From Nymphaea colorata (Eukaryota): a stretch of DNA of 64,000 bases. Numbering within the stretch: position 1 is the first letter of the stretch; each line of letters begins with the position of its first letter. A program made the position numbers and the translations under genes. The stretch is taken from contig NC_045138.2 of NCBI RefSeq assembly GCF_008831285.2, positions 1,302,001 to 1,366,000 of the forward strand, in the 5' to 3' direction. Positions 13,032 to 26,216 of this stretch are shown here, piece after piece. The notes under the pieces are model-generated. The model was given only the letters and a program-made list of their open reading frames with translations, searched no databases and was not told the DNA's origin.

Positions 13032-13500
13032 TGACTTTCTAGTTTTTCAGAGTCACCCAACCATCTAATTAGGGTCATCGATCTAACATAATAGTAAGTC
13101 AAAAGAAATCAAAGAAAGAAGTTATGGATATTTTGGTTATTTAATATTATTCTAGACTTTTTCCTTTTAATTTTTCTCTCAATATCTATATGTTTCAAAT
13201 AGACGGCTCTTATTAGATGGTTGAATGACTTTGAATATAAAATTAAATGAAACAATGGAAATTCTGGAAAAAAAATGAAAAATCATAAATTCACGTGAGC
13301 TTGTTTCCTCACCATGTAGCAACAGCTAAGCTGACCAAAGACCTGTTGCCAAGAAAACAATAATAATTAACAATATAATAACAATAATTAAAAATACAGC
13401 CCGCTAGATTTAAGATCATGCTTTTGGCAGTCAGAGAATAAAACATGTAGAATTTCGTGCTTCAAAACGCCACGATCGACACTGGACTGCTCTTTCATGA
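9600..13500 (+). repeat. Multi-kb non-coding module, copy A (includes several embedded MITEs)
   Basis: 9860-11265 matches 46338-47750. 11290-11760 matches 49570-50100. 13235-13500 matches 53735-54000. 10735-11760 and 12030-12580 match 39290-42600 in reverse complement. Confidence 0.85.
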
Positions 13501-13833
13501 TACATGTAGATGTTGCAGCACAAGATCTCAAGTTTATGTCACCAGCATATGCTCAACTTAGCTGGAGCAACTATTTGCAAAGTCAAATTCAGCAGAAGAA
13601 GAAGGCAAATAAGGATAGGTAGGTTCGCTTTGCACTTCTTCTTTGTAGTATGTGTAGTACAACCTCAGATAGGCTTTGAAGGTTAACTGGGTTTTTACTA
13701 CGATGGTGTCTTACGGTATGCAACAAAAATATGAAGTCTGATGAAGATAAAATAGAAATATTTTGTGCTTCAATTTTCTTGTCTGAGGTAACACAAGTTT
13801 TAATCTTATGTCGATTTATTCACCTTTATCTCC

Positions 13834-14180
13834 TTAATTTATGGATAGTGATGAAGGATGTGGATGGAGAGGAAGTGGTGGAGGAGGAACCCCTCCTCCA
13901 TAGACCACCTGCGCTGCCCGATAGACGGCCCCCAACAGACGGTGCCCACTGCCTCCTTCCTCCACCATCAAAAGCAAAGCGGAGGTGGACAGCAGGGGGG
14001 TGAATCCCGCCTCCCCTTTTGGAAATTCTCTACCCACGATGGGTAGAAGCAGGGGGAAACGCCGGGTGGCTGCCCCTGCCGTGGCGAGCCTCTTTGTGGA
14101 CAATGCCCGGCGCATGGCCTCGATGCCATCTAGTGAACCCACCGGCAACGGCTGGGAGAACTGCACCGCTGGGAGAGGAT
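13834..14180. other. GC-rich, exon-like segment of unknown identity
   Basis: GC-rich island with several overlapping ORFs, next to (TA)n(TG)n(GA)n. No family recognised. Confidence 0.25.
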
Positions 14181-14196
14181 AAATATATATATATAT

Positions 14197-14242
<46 letters not shown>

Positions 14243-14934
14243 GAGGGAGGGAAAAAGAGATTGAAAATTTGGGCTGTTCCATTTTAGATCAATAGTTCTG
14301 ATCAATGGCGTAGCCACATGTGGACTGGTGGGGCAGTTGCCCACCAAATTCTTTAAAATTTCTTATATTTTACATTGACAAATTTAATATTTATTTTCAA
14401 ACATATATGAGCTCCTTGAAATATAAATGTTTTTAAACAGATATGCCCCAACTAATTTTTCTAGCTCCGCCTTTGATCCTGATTGAATTGATGTTCCTAA
14501 GCGTATAGGAACAACAGAGTCAGTATATATATATATATAGACTCTGTTTCTAGGCACCCATTTTGAAACGAGCTCAAAACTAGTATTCCTGTCAACGAAC
14601 ACGGGCAAGCCCGTCACTGGATAAAAGCAAGAAATGGCTTCTCACAGAATAAAAGCCCGTCATTGATTTCTCTATTTCTCTTCAAGGAGATCCAAATGGC
14701 ATTCCAGTCAAATGCACTCACCTGCTTTTCTTTCCTAATGCACTGCTTATTATTATTGTTATTATCAAATCCTACAGCGCTGGTGGATTGCACTGCTATT
14801 GTGGATCTATACAAGCGATTCCACATACATTGAAAGATTGGGTATACTAGGCCGTCCATTTTCACCGTGAAAGGCTACAGCGGCATTAAGCACTACTACT
14901 GATCTCCATCAATACCGGTGAACCTGTCAATGCT

Positions 14935-15060
14935 AGGCCGAGTAAATATCAAAGACCAGCTGGCCTACTTTACTAAAGCTTTGGAAAAGGAAGTGTTTCA
15001 TACGGAAAGTAAGTGTCGAAAACTTGCATTCCAATTTGAGGGGGAGTGTCAAGCAATGTT
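14935..15060 (+). mobile_element. Degenerate Copia 3' remnant (RNase H end, PPT, LTR start)
   Basis: Reads ...KDQLAYFTKALEKEVF... (QLADxFTKAL-like), followed by TTGAGGGGGAG-TGTCAAG. Confidence 0.6.
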
Positions 15061-17611
15061 TTAATGGATACAAACATATCAATGTGCAGGTGATCGCATT
15101 ATAGCTACACAATGTGCAGGTGATCGCATTATAGCTACAGATAGGGGTGGGCATCGGGCCGGCCCGGTAAACATGGGCCCGAAACCTGGGCTTCGGCCCG
15201 ACCCTGCCAGGCCCGTTTGATAATAATAAAATATTTTTAATTATAAAATATTTTTTTAATAAGAAAATACTTATTACTAAATTAAAAATTAATAAAAAAA
15301 AATTAAATATTACAAGGCCAGATCGTGTCAGGCCGGGCTGACCCAGGCCAAAGCATCGGGCCCAGGCCTGGCCAGGGCCAGGGCCATGTTTTTCTGGGTA
15401 AATATTGCTTTCTACTTTGTAAATTTCCACGAAATTGTACATTTAGTAAATTTTAGCATCAGTTAACCATCATTATAAAGTTGTTCCCATAAAAATATCA
15501 TCTTGGGCCAATACTTGAACCAGTTCGACACTCTCGTTATCAACAAGAGTCCAACAAAGTCTTGAGCTCCATTTATTTCTGATAGAAAAATGAAATTATC
15601 ACCGATGTAGATTTAGATGTGAAATACATCTATGGGTGTTCACAACTTCATGGCATGAGTGGCAACAGTGACATGGGATGACGACAAAGCTTGGTCTTGT
15701 TTCCAACACTTCTGCTGATCAGTTTGATCGGGAACCTTGCGTATGATTTAAGTTTTTGGTAAACGTCCATGCCACATAAATTTATGAAATTGGAAATCCT
15801 TAAGTTGTTCTGAAAGCTCCTTAATTGTGTTTTTTGATGCATAAATATGAATTTGATTGTCACTCATTTCGTTAATCTGTTGGGATTAGTAAGTAATGCC
15901 ATATCAATCGCACAAAGTCATGTGAGTAGCTGCCTATTAAAGATGGTCTAATTTGAACTTTGGTTTTAGGAAAGGATTTGCTTTACCAACTCGGAAAAGC
16001 AAACATGTTGACGGTGTTAGATGTACCAAATATGATAATATGGCCTTGAGAAAATTTATTGCACATTTCTCATCTCAAACTTCATAGGATGCTGAATAAA
16101 CTAAAAAAATTTTATTGGCCGTAATGCCCAGTTTCCGAGCAATATTGTCATGCAAAAGGTGGCTTCTCTGAGAATACAATACTGGCAAATAAGATGGCCG
16201 TTATAAAATATTATTGAGCTTCTTCACTTGACAATCTCTTATAATTTGGAAGAAAATAAAGAAAATCATCTTTATTTGTCACTGGAATTAAAGCAAACAG
16301 TGCTGGGATCAACACCAAAAGAAAATAGTCAGCAGCAATACATAAAGTTTGAAATGAAAGCATTCCCAAGAGAACTAAAATTAAGGATTAAACAACACAA
16401 AGCGCAGACCCATGAACAGAAAAACGAAATAGAAAATTTTTATTGCACCTCATGAAGAAAAATGAAAATATCAAGAAGACGAGACCATCGAAAGTGTCCC
16501 ATGAATTAATAACAATATTCACATAATCTTTTCATTATCAAGTGCAGCAGTGGCAACGAAATTGCGGGAAGGTTATTTTGTTCGAACATTTGAATCCAAG
16601 AACCAGCAGCTTGCTTGTGAAGTACCCGAAATTAGTCAAACGCCGAGCCTAACATTTAGCTGCCACTGCCAACCAAAACAAGAAGGAATTAGAAATAACG
16701 AAGAAAGTTAAGATAAAAAGTTTACTGGAATTTCAACCACAGATAGACCAACTTCATGGCTACATCTGTCATATAGGAATCCGGTGATAGGGAATGCTGG
16801 TGCAGGACCACTTTCCTACTATCGATAGAATGCTCATGCATCTGTAGGCTTTAAGATGAGGTACTTCTGGAATGCAGCTTTGGTGCTCTCCTCTTGCCAC
16901 ACCAATCCTTCCCACCATTCCTTTTCTCCCTGGACACTTCTCACCTTCCCGCAATTTTGAGCATCTAGAGGAAGCTTCTTTAACAATGGTCATTTGCCGA
17001 CCTCTACGGATGCCAAGGCTTTGAGTTTCAAAACACCGTCATATATGGTGGCTAACTTTTGTAAATTGTGGATGCTGAAACTTGTCAACTTGCGGAAGAC
17101 TTCATCTCCAACTTGTCCTTCAATAACATTCTCCACCTATGGGCAGTTTAAGTGAACTAGGTTCTGCAGTTGTTTCAACAACTCATACATAAAGATGATC
17201 TTCAACGCTTTACAGCCTTTAATCGTCAACTTTTCTAGCTTTAGAAAGCTTATATGTGCCTCCATTTCCACTTAACATGTTCTAGCATTGGCAGGTCCTC
17301 CAGCTGAAGTAAATGCAAGTCTGGAAATATAACCTTTTTGGGGTCGGTTCCTCTAATAATTTTCTTTAATTCTGGACATGATTGCACCATGAGTGCCTTC
17401 AATCTTTCTCCTTCTTCTGCCTTTTATGAATCAATCCCCTCAAAATTACCGCAACACTGTATCGCCAATCCTTCAAGGTGACAGATCAGTTTGCTATCCA
17501 TAAGCCTCTGTGCTTTCACCACTTCCATTGATGGTAAGCTCCACAGGACTCAAATTTTATCTTTTGCAAGGTCTTCTAGATTTGGTCTTCCTTGCGATTG
17601 GCCAGCGGAAG

Positions 17612-20600
17612 TGTTGAATCTTAAGCAGCGGAACGGCGTCTGTGAAGTAGGTCCACCACCAGCAGCGTGTCAAATGCAAGACCTGTGAGCAAGAGAGGAA
17701 GAAAGAAACAAGAGAGAAATTGATTTTGGGGGTTTGCTTCTGAGAGACGCGCAGTTGATTTCTCAACCTTATGGTTAGATGAATAGAGGCTGGGCTTTAT
17801 AGACCGCCTCTCAGGATTTCCCCAAATCCCAGCTACGGTTATGGAATGAAGACTTATGGTAAGAATTAAAACGGAAACTTTAATATTTGATTTATTTCCT
17901 GTTTTAATTTCATAACTGCAGGATCTCCTTTGCAGTTATAGAGGGAAAGGGATCGGGCTCAAGGCCACTACCCAACATCTCCCACTTGGCCATGAGACCG
18001 ACAGTTTGCTTCCACTTTATGTGGGTTTTCTGTTTCTAAGTCACGAGGTTTTCCATTATTGGTTTGTCCATCGTAACTTTTCAAATATATCTCAACCCCA
18101 TATGAGCTACATGCTTGGTAAACAAGTCTTCTGATATTCCCTTGGTAAGGGGATCTGCTACCATGTCATTGGTAGGAATGTATTCAACTGAGATTTCATT
18201 TTTCTCAATCATTTCATGAACATAATGGTATTTCACCATTATATGTTTACTTTTCAGGCTCACAGCTCCATTTTTCATAAGTGATATTACTGTCTGATTA
18301 TCACAATATAGTTGAACTGGTTCATGATCAAGATCTAATTTCAAGTCTTTCAAGAACCGATTTATCCAGACAGCAAATGTGGTAGCAACATTACATGCTA
18401 CATATTCTGCTTCTTGTGTGCGTTGAGCAACACATCCCTGTTTCTTACAGGACCAGGCTATCGCTCCACCTCCAAAGAGGAATACATAACCAGATGTAGA
18501 CTTACTATCATCTTTGCATCCTGCAAAATCCGTATCTGAATAGCCAACTAAGGTCAGCTCATCAGCTTGGTAGGACAATTTTAGTCCTTTTGTTCCTTTA
18601 ATATACCGAAAAATCCTTTTGACTGCTTGCCAATATGGCCATCCGGGATTACTTTGATAACGACTTACCAGACCGATAGGAAAACTTATGTCAGGTCTGG
18701 CACAGAACATTAGATACATTAGACTACCAACAGCCTGTGCATAAGGAACATGTAATTTCTGTTGTTCTTCTCCAGGACAATCGTTCCTGCTTAGATTTGC
18801 TCCTTTAGCTATAGGGGTTCCGATTGGTTTGCAATCTTGCATTCGAAATTTCTTTAAGATATAATCAATATATCGTTCTTGGCTCAAACTTAGAATTCTT
18901 GGGTCTCTATCTCGAGTGATCTTTATTCCTAATATGTATGAAGCTTCACCCAAGTCTTTCATTTTGAAGTTTTTGTTCAGCCAAGTCTTCGTTTTGACAA
19001 TCATGTCGTTATCATTTCCAGTTACTAATATGTCATCAACATATAATGATAGAATACAGAAAAGGCTCCCACTTTTTCAAACATACACCCAGTGATCCAG
19101 TTGGTTTGCAACGAACCCAAGTTTTGTAATTGCTTTGTGAAAAGCAAAATACCATTGTCTAGGAGATTGTTTCAGTCCATACAACGATTTATTCAACTTG
19201 TACACTTTGTCTTCTTTTTCCTTGATGACATATCCTAATGGTTGAGTCATATATATAGTTTCTTTCAACTCACCATTCAGAAAAGCAGTCTTTACATCCA
19301 TCTGACAAATATCTAAGTCATAGAATGCCGTAATAGCCAAAATTGTTCTGATTGAAGCAAACTTTGCAACCGACGAATAGGTCTCTGAATAATCAATTCC
19401 TTCCTTTTGGGAAAAACCTTTCGCTACCAGTCTGGCTTTGAATTTTTCGACTGATCCGTCAGCTTTATACTTCTTCCTTAGCACCCATTTACATCCAATG
19501 GGTTTTCTGTCATTAGGAAGATCTACTAATTCTCAGACTTTATTCTTTTCTGTGGATTCAATTTCCTCATCCATAGCGTTCACCAATCTGATGATTCATG
19601 CGAATTTATCGCATCGTCATATGTCAGATTGTCAGACATTTCATCAATATCTGCTAAACAGCATAACTCCTCTGCAAGATATACATAATAATTACTCAAA
19701 TATGAAGGTGGAGCTCTAGGTCTTTTACGACCTAACAAAGTCTGAGTTGATAAGTTATTTGTATCAGTTGGTTCATTGCCTAACTGTTCTCCAGTCGGTT
19801 CATTACCATACTGTACACCAGACATTTCATGCTCAGTTGGTTCATTACCAAACTGATCTCCAGTCGGTTCATTACCATACTGTATTCCAGAAATTTCATG
19901 CTCAGTTGGTTCATTACCGAACTGATCTCCAGTCGGTTCATTGTCAGACTGATCTCCAGTCGGTTCATTGCCAGACTGATCCACAGTTGGTTCATTACCA
20001 AACTGTATTCCAATCAATTCTTGCTCGGTTGGTTCATTGCCAAACTGATCCATAGTTGGTTCATTACCAAACTGTACTCCAGTCGGTTCATTGTCAGACT
20101 GATCATCTGAATAAATCAGATCCTCCAGTAGATCGTTATGATCTTTCACTGGATTACTATGATTGTTATTTAGTTCTTCAAGTAACTCCACATCTCTACT
20201 TTCTATGAGACCCATAGTAGAATGATATAATCTGTAGCCTTTGGATTCTTTTGGATATCCAATAAACACACAACTTACTGATCTGTTATCCAGTTTATCC
20301 ATTTTTGGATCTAAAACTTTTACATGTACTACAGATCCCCATCTCTTGAGATGTCTTAAGTCTGGTTTCACACCAGTCCATCTCTCATAAGGAGTGGTTG
20401 GGACTGCCTTGCAGAGCACTTGATTTATAGTATAGATGGCTGTTAACTCAGCCTCTCCCCAAAAAACTTTGGGTAACTGTGCACCTGTCAACATGGATCT
20501 CACCATGTTCAAGAGGGTTCTGTTACACCTCTCAGCGACACCATTTTGCTGCGGTGTCCTAGGCATTGTTCTTTGCCTATTAATTCAAAGGTCTTTGCAG

Positions 20601-22179
20601 TGTTCGAAGAATTCATTTGATGTATATTCACCTCCTCGTTCAGACCTTATAACCTTGATGTTTTTCCCAAGTTGTCTCTTGACTTCAGATTTATATTCCT
20701 TGAATTTTTCAAGTGCTTCTGACTTATATCTAATAAGATAAATATATCCAAATCTTGAAAAGTCATCAATAAATGTTATAAAATATAACTTTCCACTATG
20801 TGTTTGGACTCTAAAATGTCCACAAATGTCGGTGTGGATTATTTCCAATAGATCAGTGGCCCGAATTATTTCAGATGGAAAAGGTTTTCTTGCCATCTTT
20901 CCATATAAACACGCCTCACATTTTGTGAAATCATTTGCTTTAATGTCAGGTATAATACCTTGTTGTGCTAGAATCTTCATCTTGTTGATCATGCCATAGA
21001 TTTGTATTCACATTCATCGCACAATCAATATAAGCAGAACTAGAAGATTTATTCATATCATTGAGTTTGAACATACCATGTTCCTTAACATATTTTTCAT
21101 CAAACATGGTCCTTCCATGTTTTCCCACTGTGACTTTCCATGGAACAAAACGAACTTCAAAACCTTTTCCAGTCAAAGCAGGGACTGACACTAAGTTCCT
21201 CTGCATAGAAGGAACATACAAGACTTTAGTAAGAATGACGCTTGTACCCCCAATATTCAGTCGATATGTGCCAACTCCCATTACATCACAGTATGAGTTG
21301 TTACCCATATAATCCTTTTGCATTCCTGGACTTAGGTTTTCCATACGAATCATGCCTTCTTTTGTTTTTGCAATGTGACGTGTAGCTCCCGAGTCGACCC
21401 ATCAACCAGTTAGATCTCCATCTGCAAACAAACACTCTGACACAACATAAATGACTTCTTCATTGTATTCATCATGATCTTTTCCTTTGTTTTTGTTGTT
21501 CTGAATCTTGTTGTCCTTCTTGTTCAAGAATTTTGTCCTGCAGTTCTTCTTGATGTGTCTAGGCTTCCCACATCTGTAGCATTTCACTACAGTTCCTGCA
21601 AAATTTCCTTTAAACTTGCCATCGGTTTTCTTTTTAAAGTCTTTAGACCTTATAGGCGCAAGATTTGTTGGTTTTTCTTGCGGAATTTAATACGAAATTG
21701 CGTGGTGGTACCCTCCAAGTTCTCATAAATTGCTAAAAGAGGGTTACAGTAAATTGTTTTGCAATTTTGGTGGAAAATAGAGATTTTTATGTACAATTAC
21801 ATACTGATACCAATGTTGAATCTTAAGCAGCGGAACGACGTCTGTGAAGTAGGTCCACCACCAGCAGCGTGTCAAATGCAAGACCTGTGAGCAAGAGAGG
21901 AAGAAAGAAACAAGAGAGAAATTGATTTTGGGGGTTTGCTTCTGAGAGACGCGCAGTTGATTTCTCAACCTTATGGTTAGATGAATAGAGGCTGGGCTTT
22001 ATAGACCGCCTCTCAGGATTTCCCCAAATCCCAGCTACGGTTATGGCATGAAGACTTATGGTAAGAATTAAAACGAAAACTTTAATATTTGATTTATTTC
22101 TTGTTTTAATTCCATAACTGCAGGATCTCCTTTGCAGTTATAGAGGGAAAGGGATCGGGCTCAAGGTCACTACCCAACA
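17612..22179 (-). mobile_element. Ty1/Copia LTR retrotransposon with both LTRs (17612-17977, 21814-22179), coding-defective
   Basis: 366-bp LTRs with TG..CA ends and ~6 mismatches; 5-bp TSD GGAAG; PBS TGGTATCAG; PPT AGTGGGAGA. Domains: Zn knuckle (CYRCGKPRHIKKNC), protease (DSGATRH-like), integrase (HTDICG, PQQNGVAER), RT (QMDVKTAFLNG, LYGLKQSPR) and RNase H. Multiple frameshifts. Confidence 0.97.
19765..20100 (-). repeat. In-frame tandem repeats in the Copia integrase-RT linker (27- and 42-bp units)
   Basis: Encodes about 10 copies of a GDQFGNEPT-like peptide. Confidence 0.9.
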
Positions 22180-24498
22180 GGAAGTACATCCTTTTGAATC
22201 TGTTTTCCAGAGACCGTAGCTTCGGAACATGTTGAGTACTTCTAATAGAGGCATATTAGAAAACAAATTCTGTGGTATTTTACAAAGCTTAAAAGTGAAG
22301 CCCATCCTAAGGATCCTCAGCTTTTTCCAATTTAGAAAACCATCAGGCAATTCTTTGACACCCGTCAAATATAAGTCTAGCACTTGAAGCTCAGGAAGAT
22401 CTACTACGGCGGCTATGTCTTCTAACATTTTGCAACCGTAGAAGTATAGAGCCCGAAAAAACTTTTTAGTTTGGTAAGAGAATCAGGCAGCCTCTTGATC
22501 ATGGTTCCGTTGAGGTTGAGTATGTCTAGTGCAAGCATAGAATCAAAGAAACTACACGGAATTGTTTTTATTCCCACACACCGTTCGAACAACAAAGTTT
22601 TCAGCTGCGGACTGACTGGCCTGTCTGGAAGTGTCTCTGTTTAAGTCCTCATCAGTGATATTCTCTTCTCTTTCTTCCAATCTTCCTCTGTTGGTGCGTT
22701 ACTCACTCTCCTACCTGTCTTTGTAAGACACATGGGTCCATATCCGGACGATGAGATGTACACAGCCAGGTCCCTGATCAGGTGATAACCTGGGTTTTCC
22801 AACAAGTTGGCATTTTTAAGCCTCAAGATTATGGTTTGACCCTTGTTGACAATTTTCTTGATGCTCATCTCGTCGCCTATGTAACCTTCGAAGTGCCAAT
22901 TTATGCTCGAGAAATATGTGAAAATGATCTCGTCCTCAAGAAACACTGACAAATATACGAAGCATTTTTTTGTTGTCTCATCCAAGAAATTGTAACTTAA
23001 CTTTAGAAGGTCAAAGACCCTTTGCTGCGTACCTTTGGTCTCGCCTGTGGATTGTTTTAGAGCTCTCAAAGTATCATCCCACACCCCGGCATCTTCATTG
23101 TTCATCAGGGCCGCTCCAATTGTGGCGATCGCTATCGGCAGACCACCGCACTCCCTAAGGACCTCCATTGCAATTTTTTCTATAGTTCGCTGTTTGATCA
23201 CATCCTGTCTTATGAAAGAATAGGGAGATCGCATCTTTCCAGCACATGGCTTCCACCTTGATGTTTCTGCGAGTTTGCATGGCATCGCATGCATCAAGGG
23301 CTCTACTTATGACCACAACTTTGCTTCCATTCACTGGATCAGGAACTCCCAACACTCTAATATCAACAAGTACTTCCTGCCATTCATTTTTGTTAAAATC
23401 AGTCCTTCTCCTTTGCTTAGATCTGCTCCTTCAGCTAAAGAGTGCTTTAGGTAGCGGGCAATCTTCTGTTGCAGGCGTTCGCAGTCGGGATCTTTGCCTA
23501 CTACAATGTGCATGACGTAGTCGAACTCTTTAGCTTTGTTGTGCACATGCTTCATGATAATAGCCTTGCCGACTTCCCCCATTCCGTGGATGCCGATCCT
23601 TGATATCCTGGCATCTTGTATGCTGCCCAAAATTTCCTTAACGAAGCGACTAGCAGTCTCCTGCCCAATGGTTCCAGGTTCAGTGGCACTGTCCAATTGA
23701 TTTCTCGAGGCCTTGACACATGTTCCACCTCCAATCGTGCATTCTCTATATGTGCAGCCACCTCCTTGTGTTTGCGCTCAGCTTCTTTCCCCCGTCCGTA
23801 GCAGTACAAATAGCTGGGCAAGGCACGGCAATAGGTGTACGTCAATTGGGTGTTCTGGAAGTCTTTGAAAATGCAATCTGCTTCATCCTTTAGCTCCCGA
23901 GTCTTCTTCTGCCACTCTTTTGCCTCCTGTCGAATATCTCTACCTTTAAGATTTTCATCGCTTACCAAGTTGTTTACACGCACTTCTATCTTTTTGAGCT
24001 TATTGTTTTCCCTTCCCAGAGTTTCATAGTTTGTTTCATGGTTATTCAGGTAATCCACATGCCTCCTTTTGTGGATGTACATCCATTTGAGCGACGCAAT
24101 AAGGCATTCACAGATGGCATCGGATGGAATGGGGATGCAGCCGTTGGCCATTCTGATCCTTCTCCTTGGTCCGCCCTTAAACCTGCAAGATGCTAGCAGC
24201 CAGCATATCTCTCTACATTCACAGAGATGCAAATCAAAGGCTGGAAGACAAGGAGAAAGGAAGTGCAAGTAAAAATGTATCATGTTTCTTTTTAATAATA
24301 AAAGGGGAACATTACTTTTGTCATTATAAAATTATTATATGAAATCTTTAGAGTTGATAAGAAACGTTAGGTGTATGGAGTTGTTTACAAGTAGGGCTAT
24401 GCATGAGCCAAATCTGGGTTTTGTATTTTTTTATTATTTAAAAACATTATTTAAGTGAGAAAATGACTATCAAAAAGCAATGAACAAGACTTCCTTTC

Positions 24499-25106
24499 GG
24501 CCCTGTTTAGGTGGAGGGAAATAGAAGGATTGAACAATCAATCCTTTGTTTGGTTGACTAGTTAAAAAGAGGGAAAGGAAAGAAAAGTAAAAAATTTGTT
24601 TGGTTGCAAAGGAAGGGATAAGAATGGAAGGGAATGAAAATGATGCTCTAATGTAAATTCAATCCCTTCAAAATTGGAGGGATTGGGAAGGAAAGGAAAA
24701 GTCTATTCCTTTCTACCATGTAGACCCTTGACCTTGCGTGGCTCTTTCTCTCTCTTCCCGCTGTTGGTCAAGACTCCGACAGGTGCAGAGTCTGTTTTTC
24801 TCTCCCTTCCCACCACTGCTCAAGACTTAGATGGTAACCTTCCCCATTCAGACCATACCGACCATCGCCACCGTTGGACAGGGGGTTGCTGTTATTCATT
24901 GTGTTCCCTGTACACCTCCAGAATTGAATGTTAAGAGTGTTATTGTAAAGTAATATAAATTCTATCATTTCTTTTCATTTCTATCCAAACAAGCTTTATA
25001 ACCACCTCTTTCCTTTCTTTTCCTTTCCTTCCTTTCCTTTCCCATTCCCTCTCCCTCCCTTCCCTTTCCATCCCTCCCTTCCCTTTCCCTCCATCCAAAC
25101 AAAGCG
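24499..25106. mobile_element. Tourist/PIF-Harbinger-like MITE upstream of the NLR
   Basis: Termini GGCCCTGTTTAGGTGGAGGGAA ... TTCCCTCCATCCAAACAAAGC. Confidence 0.7.
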
Positions 25107-26147
25107 CAGTTTCTCTGTAATCCTACCCACTTCTATCAACTCCTTTGGGGTACATTGGATAGCCAGATAATTTTGGACGATAAGATTTACTATGGAGGAC
25201 CTTTTATCTGCATCACATTAAAGCTATACAACTTGATATTTTCATATGTCCAATTACAAGTATAGCCCTCTTAAGGGTACATGTGTAATTGCACCTTAAA
25301 AGTGGACTCCACCAGTCGTTCAGGATTACACCCCCGCGGCTATTTAAGGAGCCCACTTTTCGCCACCCGATCTTTCTTGGGCGCTTGGCTTTGGGAGAGA
25401 ACAGAGAGCGAGAGAGAGACAGAGTGTGTCCACTCCTCCGATCTCCCTCTCTTGGGTGCAGGGTCTTAGGGGGCAATTCGATGGATAATTATGTTGAGTG
25501 TAGGGACAGTGCACCTTAAAATGGTTCAAAAAAAGCAAAGATTTTTATTTTTTTCGTTCTTAATTTTCATATTTTTCTTGGTCTGTCCTAATTCCATTTA
25601 ACTTCATGCTTGCAGACATTTGATGAAACTTTTGGACAACAATCTACATAGAGACATTGCCGGCTCATAGAAGATATTATAATCATTAAGACAAAAATAC
25701 TGGTTTTACTGGCCAAATAAAATAGGCAAGTAAAGAAAAAACACCATGATCAGGTTAATTTCTATAAGATTCCAGTCCCCTTGGACAGGCCACAGATCAA
25801 ATTTTATACAAAGATTTTGCTATTTTTATACTGCAGATCTAAATCCCAATGTATCTCTGTCTCAGGTCCAATTCATTTCAATGAGCGGGAAGAAATTCCA
25901 CTACCGGATTGAGAGTTAAAACCCCTAACCACATGCATTGCTTCCAGCCCAAAGGCATATGGAGTATGTAATGCACATATCATTCACAAATGACCAGCCA
26001 CCTATCAGACATTGGCCCACTCGAATGCGTTGAGGTTAAGGGCAAATCCAATCCATTTCATGTTCCATATGATGGACCTGATGTCGTCTTCAATGAGTAG
26101 TTGAATTATAAATCTTTAAAATCAATCATCAACTCTTTACTTCAAGA

Positions 26148-26216
26148 GGTGCAGCGTAGCTGGTCTGGTTAGCAGACTAATGAAAGTCTAATCGTTGGTT
26201 CGATTCCTCTAAGTAC
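26148..26216 (+). other. tRNA-like relic (tRNA pseudogene or SINE head)
   Basis: A-box-like TAGCTGGTCTGG, AGACT/AGTCT stem and B-box GGTTCGATTCC. Acceptor stem does not pair well. Confidence 0.35.

Larger units (their letters stand above)
16834..24151 (-). pseudogene. CC-NB-ARC-LRR disease-resistance pseudogene (RPS2/RPS5/At4g27190-type), split by the Copia at 17612-22179
   Basis: N-terminal CC from ATG 24151; degenerate P-loop IGIHGMGEVGKA; kinase-2 KYLLIL; RNBS-B GSKVVVISR; GLPL-like CGGLPIAIATIG; altered MHD (GYHLIRDLA); LRRs (LPELQVLDLYLTGVKELP); C-terminal GEKEWWEGLVW. Several frameshifts and stops. Confidence 0.93.
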
